A DNA stretch of 32,000 bases from Candidatus Lokiarchaeum ossiferum (GTDB lineage Archaea; Asgardarchaeota; Lokiarchaeia; Sigyniarchaeales; Promethearchaeaceae): NCBI GenBank assembly GCA_025839675.1, contig CP104013.1:3510001-3542000 (forward strand), in the 5' to 3' direction. Within the stretch, counting starts at the first letter, position 1. Each line of letters starts with the position of its first letter. Both the position numbers and the translations under genes were made by a program. This document shows positions 19,186 through 26,884 of this stretch, piece after piece. The notes beneath the pieces were generated by a model. That model saw only the letters and a program-made list of their open reading frames with translations, did not search any database and was not told where the DNA came from.

Positions 19186-19491
19186 ATGGGTCGACCGTCT
19201 CAAGGATGGTATTGTGGATTATGTGGGGCAGAATCCGATTGGGATGATAATGAAATTGATCGTTGTTCCTGAGGAACTTTTTATGGAGAATGTTGTGCAC
19301 TAATCTGTGAATCTTGCGGCAATTCCTTTTGCTCAGAATGCAGTGAAGGTTTTAAACTTGAATGTTTTAACGTGTTTGTATGTGAATCTTGTACTAATTC
19401 TACCAAGAATGGAGGATGCTGTCAAAATTGCCAGGAAATGATGGTGAAATGTCCTTCTTGGGCTGACTCCATTTGTTTAAACTGTCAATAA
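19186..19491 (+). CDS. all-Cys zinc-finger-like small protein (101 codons) with one in-frame TGA at codon 29; selenocysteine candidate or nonsense pseudogene
   Basis: My own translation of frame 1: MGRPSQGWYCGLCGAESDWDDNEIDRCS[TGA]GTFYGECCALICESCGNSFCSECSEGFKLECFNVFVCESCTNSTKNGGCCQNCQEMMVKCPSWADSICLNCQ*. It has 18 Cys and no His, and both sides of the TGA (19270-19272) are equally Cys-rich. It is not in the ORF track, because the downstream part has no early Met. Confidence 0.4.
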
Positions 19492-19634
19492 GTATTAATC
19501 TATTTCCTTTTTTTTGTTTTATTTCTTTCTTTTCAGTCTTTATTTTCTGACAATTCGCAAGACGAAGATCTTTCTTTTTTCCTTTAAATTAATAAAGAAC
19601 AATTTTGTAATAATCTATAATAGGTTGTGATTAT

Positions 19635-20390
19635 ATGGTATCAACAGCAATTCTTCAGACATTTCTCATCAACGGCTCTATCATGATGATGTTTTTGTTT
19701 TGGGGCTATAAAATTATCGCCCGTAAAAGAACACGAATTTCTTTAACTTTAGCAGGAGTTTTCATCATTCCCGCAATAGGATTATTTATCAATATTTTAT
19801 ATCGAGGATTTGACAATCTTCAATTCAATATAATCGGAAATATTCTCACCATTTCCTTAACAATCATAGGAATATTGCAGTTATTTTTCTTCAATCAGAT
19901 CCTTTTCAAATCTCAAAAAGCCTTTACCTTAAGTAAACAATTCCAATATATTGGTTTATTCCTTGTTTTATTATTAGGATTATTTTTAATTGGAATATTC
20001 GGTGGAGTTCAATGGCAATATGATTCTGGTTTAAACGATATAGGATATTCAACCCGTTTACAAGATCCATTAGATGTGGGTGTTCCTGTTTGGTCCCTTG
20101 CCTTTTGTATTTATGGGTTAGTAATTTCTCAGAGTATCGCAATCGCCGTAATATTTTCAGGTTTTAGATTATTCAAACAGATGGGGGGAAAATCCTCTAA
20201 ATACAGTCGGAAATTTATCTATAGTATTATTGGAATATTATTGATGGATCTCATCGTTATTGGGAATTTCATTTTCAATACTCTCAATAATCCAACAGGA
20301 AGAACAATTCTTCTCATCGTAAGCATAACTATTATACCTGCAGGTTTCCTTCTATATGCTGGATTGAAAGAAGAAAAACAGAAAATTTAA
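19635..20390 (+). CDS. polytopic membrane protein, unknown function
   Basis: About 7 hydrophobic helices with positive-inside loops (RKRTR, KSSKYSRK). No recognisable motif. Confidence 0.5.
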   Translation: MVSTAILQTFLINGSIMMMFLFWGYKIIARKRTRISLTLAGVFIIPAIGLFINILYRGFDNLQFNIIGNILTISLTIIGILQLFFFNQILFKSQKAFTLSKQFQYIGLFLVLLLGLFLIGIFGGVQWQYDSGLNDIGYSTRLQDPLDVGVPVWSLAFCIYGLVISQSIAIAVIFSGFRLFKQMGGKSSKYSRKFIYSIIGILLMDLIVIGNFIFNTLNNPTGRTILLIVSITIIPAGFLLYAGLKEEKQKI

Positions 20391-20544
20391 GGTGTCCTTA
20401 AAGATTATTCTAAGGAAATTACCACATATTCTAAATTTAATCAAACAAGTATGGACAAAAATGAATAATATCATTTTATAGGGTCAGATGTCCTGAATAG
20501 TCAAGAATCAAAATTTATTCAATATGAGGAAAGGATTTTTGCAG

Positions 20545-20566
20545 AAAAAAAAATAAAAAAAAAAAA
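20545..20566 (-). terminator. T12-A-T9 tract on the minus strand
   Basis: On the plus strand this reads a9-t-a12. It lies ~70-90 nt downstream of the stop of the minus-strand gene ending at 20634. Confidence 0.4.
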
Positions 20567-20633
20567 GTCTTTTTGGGTTGGGTTGTGTCTTTTTGGATGC
20601 AGAGGGGTTTTTTTCAGTGAGGTCTGTCTTCGG

Positions 20634-21653
20634 TTAGTTATCAATGTCAATGATGAGTTTTTTATTAAAATCGGTCAGAATTTTTTCATGTTCTTCCAAC
20701 ATTTCTTTTTCTTCAAGCTGGATTACTTCATATTTGTAAAGTTTTGTTCCACAATAACGGCAGAAACTTTTCCCTTGGTCAATTAATTCTGAAACATTGA
20801 CTTTTTGGAAAGGTGTGGAACAATACTTACATATTTTAGTATTAGATACTTTTCCTCCTGCTGTAAAATCATCTTTTTCAACTGGATAATAACGAAGTTG
20901 TGTGAAATGGGCATAGAAGGCTATTATCCCACTAAAAGAATTTAATAATAAAATTAAATCTATAATATTTTCCCAAACAATTCTGATTTCTCCCATATAA
21001 TAACAGTAGGATATTAAAAATCCCATAATACTTCCAGAAATGCAACAAAAGAAAATCAAACGGATGTAATTTGTGAAATCTTGTGTAGTAGGTTTATATT
21101 TTTGATGATATCGATAGAAATTAATCACTCCTAAAAACGCGAAAATGAAGCTACCTCCTTCTAAACTTAAAAAAACTGCCATTTCAACTAAAAGAACTTG
21201 TAATATAATAAATATGAGTTTTTCTTTTCCTTTCGCTTCATTTCTATAATGAAATTGTATATTGATCCATTTCCTGCCCTCTTCTTCATAATGAGCAGAT
21301 ATTAATAATAATATTGGTATATCTGCAATTATTGCGGTAAATGTACTCCACGATGCACCAATATTGTTACTCCAAGCAGGTATAATTGAAATTTTTATAA
21401 AATTCATAATAACCCAGCCTAGTATCATTAAGATCTCATAATTCTTCATATTAAAAGAGACCGGTCGATAAACAGAGATCAATGTATATAAATAAAATCC
21501 CGAAAGAATTGTAAAAATGATAATAAACCATTCGGAAATTTTCCAATCATTACTCACAACTTCAGAATTTTGTGCAAACGGATAAGAAACAAGAGAAAAT
21601 ATGATCCAAAGAAAAATTATTGAAATTTTTTTTGCTAGATTTGGGTTTTTCAT
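20634..21653 (-). CDS. membrane protein with C-terminal zinc ribbon and conserved helical tail, paralog A
   Basis: About 8 TM helices, then CKYC-x17-CRYC, then LYKYEVIQLEEKEMLEEHEKILTDFNKKLIIDIDN. ATG 21653 (MKNPNL) is chosen by alignment with paralog B. Confidence 0.6.
   Translation of the reverse strand: MKNPNLAKKISIIFLWIIFSLVSYPFAQNSEVVSNDWKISEWFIIIFTILSGFYLYTLISVYRPVSFNMKNYEILMILGWVIMNFIKISIIPAWSNNIGASWSTFTAIIADIPILLLISAHYEEEGRKWINIQFHYRNEAKGKEKLIFIILQVLLVEMAVFLSLEGGSFIFAFLGVINFYRYHQKYKPTTQDFTNYIRLIFFCCISGSIMGFLISYCYYMGEIRIVWENIIDLILLLNSFSGIIAFYAHFTQLRYYPVEKDDFTAGGKVSNTKICKYCSTPFQKVNVSELIDQGKSFCRYCGTKLYKYEVIQLEEKEMLEEHEKILTDFNKKLIIDIDN
20637..20831 (-). repeat. conserved 3' segment of paralog A (pairs with 21718-21912)
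   Basis: This 195-nt segment encodes the zinc ribbon plus tail. It is clearly alignable to 21718-21912 at nucleotide level. About 56 of 65 codons encode the same residue, versus roughly half in the TM region. Confidence 0.7.
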
Positions 21654-21672
21654 TGTATACATCACCACCATA

Positions 21673-22755
21673 TTATAAAAAAAATTGAATTGAAGTTTCT
21701 GTGAACTTTTGGGTTAAATTATCAAGGTCAATTATGAGTTTTTTGTTAAAATCGGTTAGAATTTTTTCATGTTCTTCTAACATTTCTTTTTCTTCAAGTT
21801 GAACGACTTCATATTTGTAAAGTTTCGTTCCACAAAAACGGCAGGTACTTTTCCCTTGATCAATTAATTCTGTTATATTGACTTCTTGGAATGGGGTAGA
21901 GCAATAGTTACATTTCTTTGTATGAGAATTTTCTCCAGTGGCTATATATTCATATTTTTCAATAGGATAGTAATGAATCTGTGCAAAATGAGCATAAAAC
22001 GCTACTATTCCAGTTAATGATATTAGCAATAATATTATATCAATTAAAATTGACATTCCAGCGAATATCTCTCCTAAATAATAGATATAAACGACATAAA
22101 TTCCCATAGTGCTTCCAGAGATTCCACTAAAAAAAACTAATCGCACATATTTTGTTAAATCTTGTGTGGATGGATTGTGTTTTTGGTGATAAATACAAAA
22201 AATAATTGCTCCAATAAATGCAAAACTAAAACAACCAAATAGTAAAACAAATACCGTAAAAATTGCTAATTCTAACAAAATCATCTGAATTGTAATGAAA
22301 AATATTATTTCCTTTCCCTTTGCCTCATTTCTAGAAAAAATTTCCAATTTGATCCATTTATTAAACTTCTCCTCATAATCTAATGAAATTCTGATTAGTA
22401 TGAAGATATCTATGATAATAAAAATAATAGTAATCCCAAATATCCCAAAAGTGCTATTGAATGATAAGATAGTTCCATCAAGATCAAAAGACAACCCAAT
22501 TTTGATTAGATTTATGAAACTCCAGCCCAATATCATTATAATCTCATAATTCTTCATACTGAAAGAGATTGGCCTATAAATGGATATCCAAATATATAGA
22601 TAAAATCCGGAAAGAATTGGAAAAATCAGAAGCAACCATTTGATTACATCTCCATCAAGACTAGAAACACTTGGTACAAAATGATAGACAACCAGAGATA
22701 ACATAATCCAAAGGATGACCATTGTTTTTTTTTTTATGAGATTAGAGTTTTTCAT
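21673..22755 (-). CDS. membrane protein with C-terminal zinc ribbon and conserved helical tail, paralog B
   Basis: Same architecture as paralog A: CNYC-x17-CRFC, then LYKYEVVQLEEKEMLEEHEKILTDFNKKLIIDLDN plus a 14-aa extension. Shared TM-region motifs: ILSGFYLY, YRPxSFxMKNYEIxMILGW, RNEAKGKE, YHQK, AFYAHF. ATG 22755 (MKNSNL) is preferred over 22788. Confidence 0.6.
   Translation of the reverse strand: MKNSNLIKKKTMVILWIMLSLVVYHFVPSVSSLDGDVIKWLLLIFPILSGFYLYIWISIYRPISFSMKNYEIIMILGWSFINLIKIGLSFDLDGTILSFNSTFGIFGITIIFIIIDIFILIRISLDYEEKFNKWIKLEIFSRNEAKGKEIIFFITIQMILLELAIFTVFVLLFGCFSFAFIGAIIFCIYHQKHNPSTQDLTKYVRLVFFSGISGSTMGIYVVYIYYLGEIFAGMSILIDIILLLISLTGIVAFYAHFAQIHYYPIEKYEYIATGENSHTKKCNYCSTPFQEVNITELIDQGKSTCRFCGTKLYKYEVVQLEEKEMLEEHEKILTDFNKKLIIDLDNLTQKFTETSIQFFL
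21718..21912 (-). repeat. conserved 3' segment of paralog B (pairs with 20637-20831)
   Basis: See the partner entry at 20637-20831. The last 36 codons of the shared region differ at only 2 positions (I/V, I/L). Confidence 0.7.
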
Positions 22756-22784
22756 CGCGTTTATCACCAATATAAAAAAAGGGG

Positions 22785-23039
22785 TCACAGTTTCTTTTTT
22801 ACTGCTTCTAATAATTCGAAATATAATTTCTTATATAGGTTTCGTTCTTCTTGGCATCGATCTAACTGCTCACGAAGAGATTTGGCTTCTTCCATCTTTT
22901 CTTGCATTTTTTTGAGAGTGGTGTTCGACATCCCACTTCCAAATTTGGATTTCAAAGTAGCTTGAATTTCTCGATAGGGCACACCTAATTGAAGAAGTTG
23001 TCTTGCTAAGTTAACTTTTTCATCACTAGATTTACCCAA
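22785..23039 (-). CDS. small helix-turn-helix protein with C-terminal coiled coil (putative regulator)
   Basis: NLARQLLQLGVPYREIQATLKSKFGSGMSNTTLKKM resembles a 3-helix HTH. It is followed by a heptad-like segment, EEAKSLREQLDRCQEERNLYKKLYFELLEAV. It sits directly upstream of, and co-directional with, the paralog pair (30-nt gap). Confidence 0.5.
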   Translation of the reverse strand: MGKSSDEKVNLARQLLQLGVPYREIQATLKSKFGSGMSNTTLKKMQEKMEEAKSLREQLDRCQEERNLYKKLYFELLEAVKKKL

Positions 23040-23141
23040 TATCTTATCTCCTGTAAATGTGATCTGCTATGCTGAGATTACATTTTTGAACTACTTTATC
23101 TATATTATGGTTTTTTTATATTTAAGGGTTATGGTAGATGT

Positions 23142-23219
23142 TATCATTATACTCCCTATAATGATGAAAATGCTGTTTTAGTGATTTTACATGATAACTC
23201 AATGATAAGATGGTATCAT
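23142..23219. promoter_or_regulatory. cluster of four ATGATA/TATCAT hexamers, including a palindrome (operator candidate)
   Basis: TATCAT at 23142-23147, ATGATA at 23191-23196, and ATGATA-agatgg-TATCAT at 23202-23219. The cluster lies 100-180 nt upstream of the HTH gene start (23039, minus strand). Confidence 0.3.
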
Positions 23220-23386
23220 GAATAACTGCACATCCATCAAAGTTATTTCAAATAAAATCAGTTAATCAAGAGATCAAATGAAATTAATTATCCTTTTGAA
23301 TCAATTTTGCATTTAAGCGAAATTTATTATTTTGATTATGTATTTCTATCGAATTATTGAAATGCGCTTGATAACTAGTATAAATC

Positions 23387-23397
23387 AAAAAAAAAAA
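23387..23397 (-). terminator. T11 tract directly after the MFS stop codon
   Basis: The plus strand shows a11 at 23387-23397, abutting the tta (minus-strand TAA) at 23398-23400. It is the first long T tract downstream of the RING-MFS gene pair. Confidence 0.5.
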
Positions 23398-24735
23398 TTA
23401 ATCCGCTTCCAGGTGCACAGTATCTTGTTGGGTTTGCATTTCTTTCAAAAATATCCTGCTATTTTTAGAATAGAGAGTGAAAGCAACAATTATTATGTTT
23501 AAAATTCCACACCAAACATACAATTCTCGAATCGAACCCAATGCATCAGCAATAGGGCCAGCAAGGATCATACCAATGGGAGAGGCTAAAGTAGCTAAAC
23601 TTACCACAACGGATATAACTCTTCCCATTTTTTCAGGAGGGACACTCCTCTGAAGAGTTGTTTGAAAAAGTGCATTTACAATTGGATTGAGTAGTAACAT
23701 GAAAAATGCTACTGTATACAGCAAAATGAAATTACTTTGCCCTATCACACCTAGCAATAACAATCCGATTCCAGTTGAAAATAATCCCACAGACATAATT
23801 GCTATAACATTCTTCCACCGTTTCTTGAGGGCAGAAATTAATCCTCCTAATAACATGCCTGCTTGTAAGAATGCCATGAAGTACCCTAAGTGCTGTTTCT
23901 CACCTAAATGTTCATATTTAATAAAATTCGGAAGAAGCACATCTAAGGGTTGCATAATGAAGTTTGCAAAAATTGCTAAAATCATGATACCTGTAAATCC
24001 CTTAATTTCTTTGATTGCATGGATCCCTTCTTTAAATTGCGTGAAAAAGGATGGTTCTGGAGGGTGTTCATAGGCATCTCCCATTTCTTGTTTTTGTTGC
24101 TCGATTTGTTTCTCTTTAAGCGATTTCGGAATTTTAATTTGGATTATCGTCAGTAGAGCAAGAAGAAATGTAATAATATCTATCCAAAGAATCAACTCTA
24201 CCGCAAGGAATACCATTAACCAAGCTCCAATGACGGGCCCAATTATTCGGATGATACTAGAAAGGAAGAAGTTGATACCATTAACACGAGATAATTTTGA
24301 GGGGGGGACCAATTGAGGAATCAATGAAAAAGTGACCGGTTCATGGAATGCTTGACAAACACTCCGCAATGAGTTCAAAGTGAGAATGTGCCATACTTTC
24401 ACCTCAGAGAAGTAGAAAATTAGGATGATACCTAAGGTTAAAAATGCTTGAGCTGAATCGGCAATTATAATAATCTTCTTTTTGTCATGTTTGTCGGCAA
24501 ACACACCTGCAATGGGGGATAAAATGACAATAGGAATTAGCCCTAAAAAGAATGCCAAGGAGAGAATTGTATTGTTTTCTCCCACCATATCCGTTAAATG
24601 CCAAATTAATACAAACATTATAATTGACGAGCCAAAAATTGAGGTCATTTGGCCAGATAAGAACAATAAATATGAACGATATTTTGCTTTTGATTCTAAT
24701 GAGTTGATCTGATCAAATTTGTTTTCTTCAACCAT
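23398..24735 (-). CDS. MFS transporter (MFS_3/EntS-Mef-like efflux type)
   Basis: About 12 TM helices. The N-terminal YLLFLSGQMTSIFGSSIIMFVLIWHL and GVFADKHDKKK loop are typical of this MFS subgroup. A central charged loop is present. Only 36 nt separate it from the RING-like gene, with no long T tract between. Confidence 0.8.
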   Translation of the reverse strand: MVEENKFDQINSLESKAKYRSYLLFLSGQMTSIFGSSIIMFVLIWHLTDMVGENNTILSLAFFLGLIPIVILSPIAGVFADKHDKKKIIIIADSAQAFLTLGIILIFYFSEVKVWHILTLNSLRSVCQAFHEPVTFSLIPQLVPPSKLSRVNGINFFLSSIIRIIGPVIGAWLMVFLAVELILWIDIITFLLALLTIIQIKIPKSLKEKQIEQQKQEMGDAYEHPPEPSFFTQFKEGIHAIKEIKGFTGIMILAIFANFIMQPLDVLLPNFIKYEHLGEKQHLGYFMAFLQAGMLLGGLISALKKRWKNVIAIMSVGLFSTGIGLLLLGVIGQSNFILLYTVAFFMLLLNPIVNALFQTTLQRSVPPEKMGRVISVVVSLATLASPIGMILAGPIADALGSIRELYVWCGILNIIIVAFTLYSKNSRIFLKEMQTQQDTVHLEAD

Positions 24736-24771
24736 AGAAGAGCTATAAAATATTATTTGCTTTATTTATTT

Positions 24772-25968
24772 TCAAAATTTTTTCTTCCAAAATTTGTAGG
24801 CCCGTAAGTAGTCTTTCACTTGGATTACTTTGGGATTACGGCGAAAACTGCTTGGAATCGTCCCATCACAACGAGAACATAGACTAGAAGTGCGTACCCA
24901 ATTTTTGAATTCATCCACGTGGGCGGGATAATTACAATTTGGACAGAGAACAATCCCCCGATGCCCGTCAGAAGTACTCGGAAGTTCAAAACAGAATATA
25001 CACTTGAAATCATCGGGGGTTAACACTCCAGTCTTTGGTTTCATACGTAAAAGTTCTTTTTTGCTTACTGAGGAAGAAGAGGTGGTCCTAGAAACTTTTG
25101 GTTTAGAAGACGATTTGGACTTTGAACGTTGTAGGCGTTCTTGTTCCCTTTGTTGTTTTCTCCGGGCTTTCTCTTCCTGCTCACGACGACGAGATTGTTT
25201 TCTCTCCAAATCTCTTTGTCTTCTTCTCTGGTCACGCTTCTGTTGTTCTTGGGCTTGGGCTTTTTTCTCTCTCTGGCGAGCTGCATCGGCAAAACGATCT
25301 GCGTCCTCTATTTGACGATCGATATTGTTCAACCTATTAGAAACACCTCGCATTGAAAATCCTGAGATTCTGGGCCTACGTTTGGTGATCGCAAAGAGAA
25401 AATAGATTACTAATACACACAAATTCAGAAGAATTATCAAATTGATTCCAGAAGTTTCAGGCGCAATATTTTGAAACACGTTTCCTCCCAGAACAAGATA
25501 AATAAAATCAAAAGAAATGAGAATCAAACTTGTAATGATCATAAATGGACGAGCATCAATTGATTTGGTTCCAATGAAAACGGTAAAATATTTTGAAATG
25601 CAAAACGACAATAAGATCATACTAAAAAATAAATAGGGGACAGCAAGAATTAGAGTCCAAATATTGAAGGATACATTGATAGGCAGTACCACATCCTGCA
25701 AAATTGTTGTAAAATCTCCCCAAATCCCATAAAATGTTCCTACTAATAAACCCCCAAATATAATTACAAAATTATTCAGCGAAGCACTATATTCGCGGAC
25801 TCGTTTTATCTTGGAAACATATTCGAATAAAATACAAAGCCATAATCCAAGTAATATATGTGAAAAGAAACCATTCAAAGAATCACTTGGTGCATTTCCG
25901 GTAAAAACTGCAATGAGTAAGCTAACTACAAGAACTACAAAATATAAAATGATCTTTGAAACTTTCAT
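24772..25968 (-). CDS. polytopic membrane protein with charged linker and C-terminal RING-like zinc finger (candidate membrane E3 ligase)
   Basis: The N-terminal ~200 aa hold ~6 TM helices. A ~75-aa R/K/E/Q segment follows (RQREKKAQAQEQQKRDQRRRQRDLERKQSRRREQEEKARRKQQREQERLQR), then a Ser/Lys-rich spacer. The finger reads CIFC-x15-CPNC-x4-H-x2-E-x3-W-x7-CSRC. Confidence 0.7.
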   Translation of the reverse strand: MKVSKIILYFVVLVVSLLIAVFTGNAPSDSLNGFFSHILLGLWLCILFEYVSKIKRVREYSASLNNFVIIFGGLLVGTFYGIWGDFTTILQDVVLPINVSFNIWTLILAVPYLFFSMILLSFCISKYFTVFIGTKSIDARPFMIITSLILISFDFIYLVLGGNVFQNIAPETSGINLIILLNLCVLVIYFLFAITKRRPRISGFSMRGVSNRLNNIDRQIEDADRFADAARQREKKAQAQEQQKRDQRRRQRDLERKQSRRREQEEKARRKQQREQERLQRSKSKSSSKPKVSRTTSSSSVSKKELLRMKPKTGVLTPDDFKCIFCFELPSTSDGHRGIVLCPNCNYPAHVDEFKNWVRTSSLCSRCDGTIPSSFRRNPKVIQVKDYLRAYKFWKKKF

Positions 25969-26034
25969 TGTTTTTACCTAAGTTCCCAAAATTAAAAATC
26001 CCTAAAAAAAGGATGGAAAAAAAATTATTTATTT

Positions 26035-26871
26035 TTATTCGTCATATTCCAAAAACAAATCTTGACCATCTACAATAGGATTAGCAAAATCCAACAGTTC
26101 GGGAAGGACATTTGGAGAGATATTTCCTTTGATTTTAAACGGAACTTCATACCACTTGGCAGTCTTTAAATTAGCACGGAAAATATTAAATCCATATGAA
26201 CTTCCATCAATTTGGTAAGGATCGATAACTAATGCTACCGATTTTTTCCATAATTTCTGATAACGAGCTTGAGTCCCCATATCCTCAGAGCTTAAAAATA
26301 GTCCATAGGATGGATGGGAGTGATACCATCCGCAAATAAAGAGGCCTTTTTTTTGCAAGTCGGTGTATGCTTTAACATAGTTGTTATAATCTTTAATTTC
26401 TGCATGAATGGCATTTCCATGCCCCATTGGGTAGACATCTTCAATATAAAGTACTTCATTGGGCTCATCCCACTTTCCCGCCAATAAACCAATAACTTCT
26501 ACCCATTTAGATCTTTCTATTTTGTCATTTGCATATTTTTTTGCATGAGTTGCAATTTTTAAAATGGCTTTTGCTGAAATTAGAGTTTTTTCTTCTTCTT
26601 TTACTGGTGCCATTTGGGAGCCAATTAACTTTTCACTATTCGCTTGGGCATTATTTTTCTTCACTATTTTTTTAAAACTTGTACTCAGAGTTTCATCGGA
26701 AAGCATTTCTTGTTCGCTAAATTTTTCCTCATTACTCTCTTCATTTTTGAGTTCCTGATAGATTTCTTGAAGAACTTCTTTTTTTATCTCGTTTTTTAAT
26801 TGCTTTAGCATTTCTGCTTTTAATTTTACTTTTAATTCCTTGATTTCAGGAGAATCGTTTTCATTTTCCAT
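26035..26871 (-). CDS. JAMM/MPN+ metalloisopeptidase (Rpn11/CSN5-like)
   Basis: Catalytic Glu in WVEVIGLLAG and the complete JAMM motif GWYHSHPSYGLFLSSEDM (HxHx7Sx2D). The catalytic core is preceded by a ~100-aa K/E-rich extension. Confidence 0.9.
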   Translation of the reverse strand: MENENDSPEIKELKVKLKAEMLKQLKNEIKKEVLQEIYQELKNEESNEEKFSEQEMLSDETLSTSFKKIVKKNNAQANSEKLIGSQMAPVKEEEKTLISAKAILKIATHAKKYANDKIERSKWVEVIGLLAGKWDEPNEVLYIEDVYPMGHGNAIHAEIKDYNNYVKAYTDLQKKGLFICGWYHSHPSYGLFLSSEDMGTQARYQKLWKKSVALVIDPYQIDGSSYGFNIFRANLKTAKWYEVPFKIKGNISPNVLPELLDFANPIVDGQDLFLEYDE

Positions 26872-26884
26872 AATAATTACCTGA

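Noticed and set aside
19118-19303. 61-aa ORF from the track (frame 2)
   Set aside because: It has no motifs and overlaps the frame-1 Cys-rich reading frame, which shows a far stronger protein-like signal (18 Cys in CxxC patterns) and a properly spaced TATA-like box.
19492-19634. Search for a SECIS-like stem-loop downstream of the TGA-containing Cys-rich gene
   Set aside because: Only weak 3-5 bp pairings (e.g. gtctt/aagac) occur in a T-rich spacer. I saw nothing like a stable GC-supported stem with an internal loop, so Sec decoding has no cis-element support here.
22785-23039. HTH plus leucine-zipper-like protein resembling an IS3-family OrfA (possible mobile element)
   Set aside because: No transposase ORF, frameshift site or terminal inverted repeats are nearby. 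The downstream genes are membrane zinc-ribbon paralogs, so a regulator is more plausible.
23687-24073. 128-aa plus-strand ORF and the neighbouring 76-aa ORF at 24482-24712
   Set aside because: Both are antisense to a convincing 12-TM MFS gene and have no motifs.
25004-25356. Three overlapping plus-strand ORFs (103, 72 and 71 aa)
   Set aside because: They are antisense to the R/K/E/Q low-complexity linker of the RING-like gene. Purine-rich sense codons leave stop-free pyrimidine-rich antisense frames, and the translations are low-complexity S/L/F/C strings.
25969-26034. T8 and T7 tracts (minus strand) between the JAMM and RING-like genes as an internal terminator
   Set aside because: This is possible but not distinguishable from ordinary AT-rich spacer composition. 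There is no accompanying hairpin, so it is noted only as a caveat to the Ubl-E1 attenuator idea.
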